A program made the translations under genes and the position numbers. Shown piece after piece: positions 19,636-30,127 of a stretch of 64,000 nt of DNA. The stretch lies in contig OY970342.1 of the NCBI GenBank assembly GCA_963717505.1, positions 3,616,001 to 3,680,000 of the forward strand, in the 5' to 3' direction. The notes beneath the pieces were generated by a model. That model was not told the DNA's origin, searched no databases, and worked only from the letters and a program-made list of their open reading frames with translations. The first letter of the stretch is position 1; each line of letters starts with the position of its first letter. Source of the DNA: Candidatus Eiseniibacteriota bacterium (GTDB taxonomy: Bacteria; Eisenbacteria; RBG-16-71-46).

Positions 19636-20418
19636 CCTCGAGGTCCTCGTCGTCGAAGTCCTCTTCGTCTTCGTCGTCCTCGCCCTCGAACTCCTCTTCC
19701 TCTTCGCCGTCGTCCTCGTCCTCGAACTCGTCCTCGATGTCCCCTTCGCTCGCCGGTTCGGCGTCGAGCGGCAGCACTTCGTGGCGCACGAGGTCGCCCT
19801 CGCCCGCAGCTTCAGCGGCCGCCAGATCGGAGGCGACCTGCGAGACCACTTCCAGCTCCATCATCTCGAGCTGTTCCGGCTCGCGCGCCGCGACCAGCGC
19901 GCGCAGTTCCTCGGGACGCGGCAGCTCGGTCAGGTCCTTGAGTCCGAAGTAGTCGAGGAACTCGGGGGTGGTGCCGTAGAGCAGCGGCCGGCCCACGACC
20001 TTCGAGCGGCCGCGGATCGTGACCAGGTTGCGCTCGAGCAGCGTCGCCAGCACGCCGCTCGAGTCGACACCGCGGATCGCCTCGACCTCGGACTTCGTGA
20101 CCGGCTGCTTGTACGCGATGATCGCCATGGTCTCGAGCGCGGCGCGCGACAGGCGCATGCGCTTCTTGCCGCGCAGCAGGCGGCCGACCCACTCGGACTG
20201 CTCGGCGGTGGTCACCAGCATCCAGCCGCCCGCGATCTCGCGCAGCTCGACGCCGGCACTCGCGCGTCGGCGTAGGTCTCGCCCAGCGTCTTGCAGCGCC
20301 GCGAGCGACCTCGTCGGGCGGCGTTCGAGCGACTCGCACGAGCAGCGCTCAGCGGCAGCGGCTGATCCGACGAGAACAGCAGCGCTTCAATCGCCGCTTG
20401 CAGGTCGGACGGGGGCAT
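19595..20418 (-). CDS. scpB: SMC-Scp complex subunit ScpB with acidic tail (frameshifted N-terminus)
   Basis: [57 protein letters not shown]. Confidence 0.93.
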
Positions 20419-21296
20419 CGGGTCGCTTCCTTCTCGGAGCGCGGCGACGATCGTGATGTCGCCGAAGTTCTCGTTCTGAACGACGCGTCGCCTGCCCGAG
20501 CTTGATCAGCTCGAGCAGCGCGATGAAGGTCACGATCATCTCGGCGCGCGCCCGGCACTGCAGCAGCAGCTCGGTGAACGACGACCGCGCCGCGGCTCGG
20601 CGAGCAGGCTCGCGATCAGGGCGCGATCTTGTCCTCGACGTCGAACGCCTCGGCCTGCGACCTCGTAGACCGACTTGCTCGGGCACCCGCGCCATCACGC
20701 GGTTGAGCGCGTCGAGCAGGTCGAACAGCGTCGCCGGCGCGAGCGGCAGCGGCCCGGCTTCGTCCTCGCCCGGCACCATGCCGCGCTCGAACAGCAGGCG
20801 GCGCTCGTCCTCGCGCAGCTTGAGCGTCCCCGCCGCCTCCTTGAACTGTCGGTACTCGACCAGGCGCTGGACCAGCTCCTCGCGCGGATCGCCCTCCTCC
20901 TCCTCCTCGCCGACCGCGGGCAGCGGCAGCAGCATCTTGGCCTTGATGCGCATCAGCGTCGCGGCCATGACCAGGAACTCGCCGGCCACCTCGAGGTCGA
21001 GCGCGCGCATCAGCTCGAGGTACGCGAGGTACTGCTGCGGTGATGTGCGCGATCGGAATGTCGTAGATGTCGATCTCGTCGCGCTTGATCAGGTGGAGCA
21101 GCAGGTCGAGCGGGCCCTCGAAGCGCTCGAGCTTGATGGTCACCATCCGCACGCGCTGCGGCGGGCCCGCCGCCAGGGACTCGGCCGCTTCGGCGCGCTC
21201 GGCGATCGCGGCGGCATCGAGCGGCGGATCCACCGGCACCTCGATGCTCGGCGCGTCGAGGTCGGTGGCGCCGGGCGGGCGGCGATCGTCGTTCAT
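20387..21296 (-). CDS. scpA: Segregation and condensation protein ScpA (frameshifted)
   Basis: [52 protein letters not shown]. The 3' end is approximate. Confidence 0.92.
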
Positions 21297-22360
21297 CGCG
21301 GCACCGCGGCGGCGGGCGACTTGAGGCCCATGCGCCGAGCGCACGGCATCCATGGTCTGCTCGGCGACCGCGCGCGCGCGCTGGTCGCCGTCCGCGATCA
21401 CGTCGCGCACCGCGTCGGGATCGCGCCGCAGCCGCTCGCGGCGCTCGCGCACCGGGGCCAGCGTGTCGGCCAGGATCTGCGCCAGGTGCTTCTTGTCGGG
21501 CACGCAGGCCAGCTGCCGGCGCGGCAGCGCGCGCGCGATTCGTCGGCGCCTCGCGGGATTGAACTTGCGGTGGTACTCCCACACCACGCAGCCCGGGTGA
21601 CCGTCGGTCGGGATCGGCCTCGGGGCGGCCGGGATCGTTGGCGCGCATCTTCTTGGGGTCGGTGTAGGCCTGCTTCACCTTGGCCGCGATCTCCTCGGGC
21701 GAATCCGCGAGCAGGATCGTGTTGCCCATCGACTTGCTCATGCGGCCGCCGTCGAGACCGCGCAGACGCGGGAACTGCGGTGAGCATGCGCCTCGGGCTC
21801 CGGGAACACCGGGGTCGCGGTCCTGGCAGTAGAGGAAGTTGAAGCGGCGCGCGATCTCGCGCGTCAGCTCGACGTGCGGCACCTGGTCCTCGCCCACCGG
21901 CACGTGGGTCGCCCGGTAGAGCAGGATGTCGGCGGCCTGGAGCACCGAGTAGCCGAGGTGGCCGTAGCGAGATCGTCTGCTCGTCGAGGTGCAGGTCGCG
22001 GATCTGCTCCTTGAGGGTCGGGATGCGCTCGAGCCGCGCCTTGCTCACCAGCATCGAGAGCAGCAGGTGCAGCTCGGCGTGCTCCTTCACGTCGGACTGC
22101 ACGAAGATCACGCTCTTCTGCGGATCGAGTCCGGCCGCCAGCCAGTCGACGCACCATGTCGAACGGTGTCGGACTGCAGGCGGGACGTGTCCTCGAAGCC
22201 GGTCGTGAGCATGTGCCAGTCGGCCACCATGTGGAAGTTGTCCCAGCCCTCGTTCTGCAGCCGCACCCAGTTCTCGAGCGCGCCCGACGTAGTTGCCGAG
22301 GTGGAGGCGCCCGGTCGGGCGCATGCCGGAGAGGATGCGGCCACGGCGGGCTTGAACCAC
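21293..22360 (-). CDS. trpS: Tryptophan--tRNA ligase (frameshifted)
   Basis: [61 protein letters not shown] lies upstream of the GTG at 22360. Confidence 0.95.
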
Positions 22361-22482
22361 GCGATCGCGCACCTCCACAAAGCACCTCCCGTGGCCCACT
22401 CATGGATCCGCCCGGACGTGCTCACGGGCATCCGGCCATCGATTCCGAGCGCGATTCGGGCGGCCCAGGATGACCGTGTCGC

Positions 22483-22512
22483 ACACTATCGAGAATGCGC
22501 GCCGGGGGTCAA
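22483..22512 (-). promoter_or_regulatory. Sigma-70-type promoter candidate for the trpS operon
   Basis: Minus strand TTGACC-N18-TAGTGT. Confidence 0.4.
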
Positions 22513-22562
22513 GGCTCGAAGCTTAAGGTAATGCATGAAGCCCAGTTCGGGTTTCGTCTGCA

Positions 22563-22591
22563 TTGCCAGTGTCGGGGTGCGCGGCTACTTT
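22563..22591 (+). promoter_or_regulatory. Sigma-70-type promoter, probably leaderless, for the peroxiredoxin
   Basis: TTGCCA-N17-TACTTT ends 6 nt before ATG 22598, and no SD is visible. Confidence 0.55.
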
Positions 22592-22597
22592 GCCCCC

Positions 22598-23095
22598 ATG
22601 GACACACCGCCGCGTCCAGAGGATCTCGTTGGCCAGCCCGCTCCCGACCTTTCGCTCACCGACACCAACGGCACTCCCTTCCGACTGCACCAGTACATGG
22701 GCCGCTGCCCGCTCGTCCTGTTCTTCATCATTCGCAGCGGCACCCCCGGCTGAGTACGTGAGGTACGCGAGTTTCGCGTACATCACGAAGCGTTCCGCAA
22801 CGAAGGCATCGCACTCGCCGGGGTCAGCCGCGACCCACCCGAGAGGAACCGCACCTGGACCGAGCGGCTGGAGATCCCCTACCCCATGCTGTCCGACGCC
22901 GACGGCCAGGTCGGGCGGGCTCTCGGAATCGTGACCCGGGTCGGCATCGGGACCTGGCACCTGGAATTCTTCCGGCGCACGACGTTCCTGATCGATGCGC
23001 GGGGGATCATTTCGGCGGCGTGGGGCAAGGTGCGCGTACGCGGCCACGCCCAGGAGGTGTTGTCGGTGGCGAAGGTGGCGCGAACCCTGAAGTAG
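22598..23095 (+). CDS. BCP/PrxQ-type peroxiredoxin, probable selenoprotein (in-frame TGA at 22751-22753)
   Basis: ORF pieces 22535-22753 and 22886-23095 are in the same frame: VGQPAPDLSL..LVLFF..GTPG[TGA]VREVREFR..LAGVSRD..YPMLSDADG..RTTFLID. The TGA replaces the peroxidatic Cys of TPGC. Confidence 0.85.
22757..22787 (+). promoter_or_regulatory. Putative bacterial SECIS element
   Basis: Hairpin CGTGA-G-GTACGCGA-[GTT]-TCGCGTAC-A-TCACG begins 4 nt after the UGA, and the apical loop G lies 18 nt downstream. Confidence 0.75.
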
Positions 23096-23105
23096 CCGAC
23101 CCCGC

Positions 23106-24947
23106 TCAGGCCGATTCGCCGGTCACCTTGAGGACCACCAGCGTCAAGTCGTCGCTCGGTCCGTGATCGCCGCACCACTCGATGACCGAAGCCACGATGC
23201 CATCGAGAATCTCCGTGGCGCTGCGATCCGCGAGCCGTGTGACGCACTCCTCCACCCGGCCGCTGCCGAAGTGCTCTCGGTTCGCGGACTCGGCCTCGGT
23301 GACGCCGTCGGTGTACAGCACGCAGCACGTCGCCCTGGCGCAGCGCGCATCGGCCGCTCTTCGTAGTGCGCGTCGGGCAGCACGCCGAGCGCGACGCCGC
23401 CCTCTTCGAGGTATTCCACGCGGGCCGTCGCGCCGCCACAGGATCGGCGGATTGTGTCCGGCGTTGGAGAAGATGAGGACGCGGTTCCGGATGTCGAGCA
23501 ACCCGTAGAACGCGGTGACGAACTTGCCGCGGTCGGTGCTCTCGTGAAGCAGGGAGTTCACCTTGCGCATGATCGCGCGGATCGCGAACTCGTTGCGGAT
23601 CTCGGCGAGCAGGCTCATGCGAAACCCGGCCATGATCAGCGCCGCGGGGATGCCCTTGCCCGAGACGTCGGCGATCGCCAGGCCCAGGCGGGTGTCGCGA
23701 GACGCGGATGAAGTCGTAGTAGTCGCCGCCGACCTCGTCGTGCGGACGCGTCGTGCCCGCCAGGTCGAAGCCGGCGATCGCGGGCGCGCGGCCGGCAGGA
23801 ACGAGTTCTGGATGTCGCGCGCGATCGCCAGCTCCTTCTCGAGCCGGCGCGCTCGAGCAGCTCGCGCGTCAGTCGCGCGCGCTCGACCGCCACCGCGGCC
23901 TGTGCCGCGAACGCGCGCACGCATCTCGAGATGGCCCTCGTGGTAGGCGTCCTCGAGATCGCTCTCGAGGTTGAACACGCCGATCGTGCGGCCCTCGACC
24001 ACCAGCGGAGCCGCCAGCTCGCTGCGGGTCTCGACGCGCGCGACCACGTAGCGCGGGTCGCGCGCGACGTCGGGCACGATCACCGGCTCGCCGGTCTTCG
24101 CCACCCAGCCGACGATCCCCTGGCCGACCTGAAGGCGGAACGCGTCCTCCGAGCCCGCGGGGTAGCCGATCTCGCTCACCAGCTCGAGTGCTCGCGTGCT
24201 CTCGGCTCACCAGGTAGATCGCCGCGGCGTCGTAGTCGACCACCTGGCGCAGCGAGCGCAGGATGGCCTCGATGACCTCGTCCAGCTCGAGCGGCGCCGA
24301 CAGAGCGTCCGGCTGATCTCGAGCAGCACTTCCTTCTCGAGCGCGCGGCGCTCGGTCTCCTCGTAGCAGCAGCGCGTTGTCGAGCGCGAACGCGATGTGC
24401 TCCGAGGCGCGACCTCGAGCCGGTCGAAGTCGGCGTCCGTGAAGTCGCCGCCGTCACGCGTGTCGAGGCACTCGATCGCCGCCGAACGCCTGCGCCGCGC
24501 CGGAACAGCGGCACGACCAGCGCCGACGCGGAACTCGCGGCACCGCGACCGCTCAACGCCGGCCGCGCGTCGCCGGCGCCGAGGCGCAGCGGCTGCTCCG
24601 GTGGTCATCGCCCAGCCGGCCAGACCCTGACCCCGGCCGATACGAAGGTCGCGATGACCGTCGCCGCCGGCGGCGAACTCGCGCGACACCAGGCGGCTGC
24701 CGCCGCGGCGCGACGATCCAGATGCGCACGACTCGACGCCTGCACCAGCTTGCTGAGCGTGGCGGCGCGCCGCCCGCAGCAGATCGTCAAGTCGTTGAGC
24801 GTGGAGCTGCGTCGGATGTCGGGGCTCGAGCGGCGTGCGATCCAGAGGCGTCCGATCGAGCGAGACGTCCGGCGGCACCGCGGTGCCGGAGGCCGCGGCC
24901 GTAGCACGGCGCGAAATCGACGTTCGCTTGCGCGTTGCATCGACCAT
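23106..24947 (-). CDS. GAF-domain SpoIIE/RsbU-family PP2C phosphatase (frameshifted)
   Basis: Two GAF segments (GQGLAGW, GQGIVGWVAKTGEP), IADVSGKGIPAAL, FVTAFYG, SNAGHNPP, LYTDGVTEA, DDLTLVV. Start uncertain. Confidence 0.85.
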
Positions 24948-25039
24948 GGCCCGCACCCGTAACACACGACTGAATCTCGCCCGGCCGACTCGCCGATACA
25001 TCAGGAGTTCGCCCGCATACCCACCGGCTGGAGACGGCG

Positions 25040-27040
25040 ATGGCCAAGGACCACAAACGCCTCGGCGACCTGCTCATCGAGGCGAAGCTCATCACCGCCG
25101 CACGAGCTCGACAAGGCGCGATCCTCGAGCAGAAGAAGTCGGGACGCCTGCTCGGCTCGACCCTGGTCTCGCATGGGCTTCGTCAGCGAGCACGAGATGC
25201 TGCAGGTGCTCCAGCGTCAGCTCGGCCCTGCCCCTGGTCGATCTCACCGAAGTCGCCGTGGACGAGCAGGCGCTGACCAAGGTCCAGCGAGGACCTGGCC
25301 AAGAAGTACATGGCGCTGCCGCTCGAGGTCGAAGGCCGCCGCACCCTGGTGGTGGCGATGGCCGATCCGCTCAACGTCGCCGCCCTCGAGGACCTGCGCT
25401 TCCACGAGCGGCATGTTCATCCAGCCGGTGCTCGCGCTCCCGCGCCAGATCCTCGAGGCGATCGAGCGCTACTACCACATCGACACCTCGATGAACGAGG
25501 TGATCCGCAACATCGTGACGAAGGCCGACGACGATCGTCGTCAATCAGCTGTCCGACGACGACGAGAACGCCAAGCATCGACGAGCTGCTGGCGCGAAGT
25601 CGAGGGCCGCCCGATCGTCCGGCTCACGAACTGGCTGCTGCACCGCGCGGTCGAGGATGCGCGCGAGCGACATCCACATCGAGCCTCAGGACAAGCGACC
25701 TGGTGGTGCGCTTGCGCATCGACGGCCTGCTCCAGGAGCTGCAGCGCCTGCCCAAGTGGACCCAGAGCGCGCTGGTGTCGCGCATCAAGGTGCTCTCGAA
25801 CCTCGACATCGCCGAGAAGCGCCAGCCGCAGGACGGCCGGCTGGTGGTCGAGATCGGCGGACGCCGCGTCGACATGCGCGTCTCGACCCTGCCGATCACC
25901 AACGGCGAGAAGGTCGTGATCCGCGTCGTCGATCAGCGCAGCTCGATCGCTCAGGCTCGAGGACATCGGCTTCGCCGACGACGACCTGGCGCGCGTTCAA
26001 GCGCGTTCCTCGACCGCCCGCAGGGCATCGTGCTGGTCACCGGTCCGACCGGCTCCGGCAAGTCGACGCTGCTCTACGCCGGGCTGCGCTACATCCAGCA
26101 CGTGACCAAGAACATCGTGACCGTCGAGGACCCGGTCGAGTGCCAGATGCCGGGGCATCAACCAGGTCCAGGTCGACGAGAAGGCCAAGAAGACTTTCGC
26201 CAGCCGCGCTGCGCGCCATCCTGCGCCAGGACCCCGACGTGATCATGATCGGCGAGATCCGCGACACGCGAGACCGCGCAGATCGCGTTCCGCGCCTCGG
26301 TCACCGGACACCTGGTGCTGACGCACGGTGCACACCAACGACGCCGCCAGCGCCGTGACGCGCCTGATCGACCTCGGCCTCGAGCCGTTCATGGTCGCCT
26401 CCTCGCTGATCGGCGTGGTCAGCATGCGCCTGGTGCGCACGCTGTGCCCGCAATGCCGCGAGCCCTACGAGGCCGACGCCGCCACCCTCAACCGCTTCAG
26501 CTGGGCCGCGAACGCCGAGGGCACGGTGACGCTCTACCGCGGCCGCGGCTGCTCCCACTGCCACGACACCGGCTATCGGGGTCGCACCGGCATCTTCGAG
26601 GTGCTCGACGTCGACGACACGTGCGCGCGCTGGTCGCAGAACGCGCGCCAACGACACGGCGATCCGCCAGGCGGCGCTCGAGAACGGCATGCACTCGATC
26701 GGCGAGGACGGCCTGCAGCAAGGTGCTCGCCGGCATGCACCACGCTCGACGAGGTCACGCGCGTGGTCTACCTGGCCGAGCAGGCCGGCAAGGTGTGCCC
26801 GTCGTGCAGCGACGGTGCTGAACCAGGAGTTCGAGTACTGCCCGAGCTGCGGCGACTTCGTCGGCGAGCACTGCCGAGCGCTGCCGCCGGCGCATGAGCG
26901 CGGCGTGGACGTTCTGCCCCCACTGCGGCATGGAGTCACGCCCCGAGGAGTCGAGCGGTGGGTCGGGCGGGGAACCCGCCACGAAGCTCGAGCGCCGCGG
27001 TCGCTCGCGGGGCGACGAGGATCTGCGCAAGGCCTCCTGA
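25040..27040 (+). CDS. PilB/GspE-family secretion ATPase with N-terminal MshEN motif and C-terminal double zinc ribbon (frameshifted)
   Basis: RLGDLLIEAKLIT, ASDIHIEP, DIAEKRQPQDGR, GPTGSGKST, TVEDPVE, LRQDPDVIMIGEIRD, HTNDA, GYRGRTGIFE, CPSC..CPSC..CPHC. Confidence 0.9.
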
Positions 27041-27094
27041 CGGCTTGCCGCAGCCCGGCTTCCGGGCGGCGCGCGCACCCCTTAGTATCCGGTC

Positions 27095-27910
27095 GTGAAG
27101 CGGATCGCCATCGCGGCAGCCTTGCTCGTGGTCGCGGTTCTCGTTTGGCGCAGCCAGCTCGTTCACGTGAGCGGGTCCGAGCCGAAACCACTCGCCACCA
27201 TCCCGGCCCGCGAGCGCGCGCCGGTCGCGTTCGACGTGGCGCTGCCGGCGGTGCCGGTGGGTGTCGCCCGCGTCCGCGGCGGCCAAGGTGCGGTGCTCAT
27301 CCACTACTGGGCGCCGTGGGAGCCGAACGCGCGGGAGCAGATCCGCCACCTCGACTCGCTCGCCCGCGCGTTCGACTCGGATTCTCTCGAGGTGGTCGTG
27401 GTGTGCTTCGACCCCTACCCTTCGGTGGCGCGCTTCGTCGCGCGGCAACGCATCCGGACGCGGGTGCTGCTCGACCACCAGCGGGTACTCGCGGCAGTCC
27501 TGCCCTGCCCTGTGCTGCCGTTCACTTACGTGATCGATGCCGCAGGACGCGTGGCGGCGTCTCAGCCGGGCCCGGTCGACTGGCTCGCCGCTCCGACGCG
27601 GGACGCGCTCCAGGAGTTGCTGCGCGAGACTCCTGCCGAGCGGCTACGGACTCCCGGGCCGAGCCCCACCGACCCCGTGAGCGCGCAACCAGGTCGCGAG
27701 CGCGACGTCGTACGCCGCCCAATCCACGTTGGCCGACTCGACGTGGCCGGCGGACGGGACGCGATGGAGCGTGAACCGGTCGGGTCGCGCGGCCGCGAAA
27801 CGCTCGCTGACCTCGATCGGCACCGTCTCGTCGGCATCGCCATGAATGAGCAGCATCGGCGTCGTGAAGCGGTCGGCGTAGCGAACCTGAACCAGATCTT
27901 CCCAACGTAG
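27095..27910 (+). CDS. TlpA/ResA-like thioredoxin-fold protein lacking CxxC
   Basis: N-terminal anchor, VLIHYWAPWEPNAREQ, LPFTYVIDAAGRV. The 3' part overlaps the convergent hydrolase gene, so the true end is uncertain. Confidence 0.7.
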   Translation: MKRIAIAAALLVVAVLVWRSQLVHVSGSEPKPLATIPARERAPVAFDVALPAVPVGVARVRGGQGAVLIHYWAPWEPNAREQIRHLDSLARAFDSDSLEVVVVCFDPYPSVARFVARQRIRTRVLLDHQRVLAAVLPCPVLPFTYVIDAAGRVAASQPGPVDWLAAPTRDALQELLRETPAERLRTPGPSPTDPVSAQPGRERDVVRRPIHVGRLDVAGGRDAMEREPVGSRGRETLADLDRHRLVGIAMNEQHRRREAVGVANLNQIFPT

Positions 27911-28768
27911 CCCGCTGCGCAGGGACGCCACCGTCTTCCCCCATTCGGTGATCACCGGCGGAACGCCGCGCTGTTCGCCGGCCAAGGCGAGGACCGCGTT
28001 CCAGTCGAGCGCGGGTGCGTCGAGCACCGCGGCGCACGCCAGGTCGCGGATCTCGGATCGGCGCAGGAACTGGGCGACGATGCCCCCGCCCATGCTGCAG
28101 CCGACCAGGACCACGCGTTTCGCTCCGTGGTCGCGCGCGAACCGCACCGCGTCTTCCAAGTCGAGCCACTCGGTCGCTCCCAGGCGGTAGCGGCCGCCCG
28201 CCACCTGCGGCGCTCCCTCGTCGTTCCGATAGGAGACGATCAGGCACGGCAGACCGAGCGAGAGGTAGGTCGGAAGCATGCGCAGCACTTCGGCGCGCGT
28301 CGCTCCGCGTCCGTGAAAGAAGAGCGCCCAGGTCGAGTCGGTCCCGGGGATCCGCCACGCCGGCAGTCGACCGACCCGCGAGGGAACCTCGACCTCCTCG
28401 AAGTCGACGCCGAGCCAGTGGCGCGGATCGGCGTCGCGCGCGAATCCGGCGAGTCTCGCGAACGAGTCGGGCGGCGTGCCGAAGCGCAGGCGGAATCGAG
28501 TGACGACTTGGGCGTCGGCGACCGTGATCAGCGGACCGATCGCGCCGTAGCCGCCGTCCCACTCGATCGCCCAGTCCCCCGGGCGTCGGGCTTTATCGGT
28601 CGGCGCGAGCACGATCGTCGAATCCGTGACGCCGAGCACGACCTGGCTGTTGCGTGCCGGCTGCGTATCGGGTCCGAGGATCTCGTTCGAGTAGTGCCAG
28701 CCCACTCCCGACGCCGCGATCAGCAGCAGAACCGTCAGGATCAAGAGCACAACACGTAAACGTCGCAT
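27644..28768 (-). CDS. Exported alpha/beta-fold hydrolase
   Basis: N-terminal TM, HGRG, SYRND, nucleophile GCSMGG, HGDADETVP, AGHV. Confidence 0.88.
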   Translation of the reverse strand: MRRLRVVLLILTVLLLIAASGVGWHYSNEILGPDTQPARNSQVVLGVTDSTIVLAPTDKARRPGDWAIEWDGGYGAIGPLITVADAQVVTRFRLRFGTPPDSFARLAGFARDADPRHWLGVDFEEVEVPSRVGRLPAWRIPGTDSTWALFFHGRGATRAEVLRMLPTYLSLGLPCLIVSYRNDEGAPQVAGGRYRLGATEWLDLEDAVRFARDHGAKRVVLVGCSMGGGIVAQFLRRSEIRDLACAAVLDAPALDWNAVLALAGEQRGVPPVITEWGKTVASLRSGLRWEDLVQVRYADRFTTPMLLIHGDADETVPIEVSERFAAARPDRFTLHRVPSAGHVESANVDWAAYDVALATWLRAHGVGGARPGSP

Positions 28769-28956
28769 CACGACCCCCCGGTGACGCCGCCAGCATACCG
28801 ACATGGGTGCAGGACGCACGACCGACTCGGGGACCGGGGGAAAACCGGGGTACTTCCCCCAATCACAGAAGTCCGCGCCCCCCGGCCGAATCGCGCCGGG
28901 GATCCGAAGACTCCAAAGGCCATGCATTCCGTGCCGCAGCATGGGAGTTCGGAAAG

Positions 28957-29460
28957 ATGGACTGGGGAGCCGTGTTGGCGTGGGCCGGCGGCATCGCCTC
29001 GACGGTGATGGTTCTGCTGCTGCGGGCGCACATCGAAGCCCGCAAGGAGGAGCGTCGGACGCGACGAACGTCGAGCTTCATGGATCGGCAGCGGCGCATC
29101 GACACCGATCGCGCGATCTACCAGCGACGGCTCACCACGCTCGTGCGCTCGAATCTGGCGGCGTACATTCGCACGGGAAGCTGGCGCGTACACGAAGCCA
29201 ACCTGGTGCAGAACCTCGAGCATGGAGCCTACGAGGACTTCGTCGACCCCGAGGTCAACGCGGCGTGGCTGCTGCTGATCGCCAAGAGCGTCGAGCTCGC
29301 CAGGAAGCGAAAGGCCGGGACCATCGGCCCGGCGGACATCGAGGACTACAACGTCGTGTACCGATCGTGGGAGGATGCCGCCCATCGGTCGTTCGGACCG
29401 TTGCCGGAAACGGGACACGCGGAACACGGGAACCAGTCCGAGCGTTCGGATGTCGCATGA
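28957..29460 (+). CDS. Hypothetical protein with N-terminal membrane anchor
   Basis: MDWGAVLAWAGGIASTVMVLLL followed by a charged helical region; typical codon usage. Confidence 0.65.
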   Translation: MDWGAVLAWAGGIASTVMVLLLRAHIEARKEERRTRRTSSFMDRQRRIDTDRAIYQRRLTTLVRSNLAAYIRTGSWRVHEANLVQNLEHGAYEDFVDPEVNAAWLLLIAKSVELARKRKAGTIGPADIEDYNVVYRSWEDAAHRSFGPLPETGHAEHGNQSERSDVA

Positions 29461-29491
29461 GCCCGGAGTCGGGCCTTCCAAAGGAGGGAAC

Positions 29492-30034
29492 ATGGATACG
29501 GCTGGCGGACCGACTCCGATCGGTGGCACCAAACCCTGCCCCGCCTGCGGCGAAGCCATTCAGGCGAACGCGCTCAAGTGCCGCTTCTGCGGTGAGGACA
29601 TCGAGGCGTTCGTCGCCAAACGCAGGAGCGAAGTCGAGCAATCGTTGTTCGCCGGCCACCCGGCGGCGCTCTACTCGGTCGGGCGCTGGGCCCTGACCCT
29701 CGTGACGCTCGGAATCGCCGGGCTGTTCTACTGGATCGCCAGCCGTTCGACCCGGTTCGAAATCACCACTCAGCGGGTGCGGATCGAGCGCGGGCTGTTC
29801 TCGCGCTCCCGGCAGGACACCGAGCTCTACCGGATCGACGACATCGTGCTCGAGCAGCCGTTCGGCATGCGATTGCTCGGCCACGCGATCCTCTACCTGC
29901 GTTCGACCGATCGCAGCACGCCCGACGTCCGGCTCTACGGCGTTCCAGGCCTCGGAACGATCGGCGACACGCTGCGCGAGTGCTCGCTTCGGGAGCGGGA
30001 ACGTCGCGGCGTCCGGGTGTGGACCAAGGCCTGA
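29492..30034 (+). CDS. Zinc-ribbon plus bacterial PH (bPH_2) membrane protein
   Basis: GGAGGG SD; CPACGE..KCRFCG; TM; FEITTQRVRIERGLFSR..ELYRIDD..RLLG. Confidence 0.85.
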   Translation: MDTAGGPTPIGGTKPCPACGEAIQANALKCRFCGEDIEAFVAKRRSEVEQSLFAGHPAALYSVGRWALTLVTLGIAGLFYWIASRSTRFEITTQRVRIERGLFSRSRQDTELYRIDDIVLEQPFGMRLLGHAILYLRSTDRSTPDVRLYGVPGLGTIGDTLRECSLRERERRGVRVWTKA

Positions 30035-30045
30035 ACCCATTCGAT

Positions 30046-30073
30046 CGGGGCGGCCCCCGGAGGAGCCGCCCCG
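30046..30073. terminator. GC-rich hairpin between convergent genes
   Basis: CGGGGCGGC-N10-GCCGCCCCG with no strong U-tract. Confidence 0.5.
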
Positions 30074-30127
30074 CTGGTGTGTGACTTCGCCCTAGATGCT
30101 CTTCGCTTCGCTAGCAACTGCCGCGAA

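Noticed and set aside
22361-22480. T-box or attenuator upstream of trpS
   Set aside because: The leader is short, with no T-box consensus and no Trp-codon leader peptide visible.
19595-27040. Programmed frameshifting or true pseudogenes in trpS, scpAB, spoIIE and pilB
   Set aside because: The indels are numerous and scattered, not at slippery sites, and they hit essential genes. Assembly error is more parsimonious.
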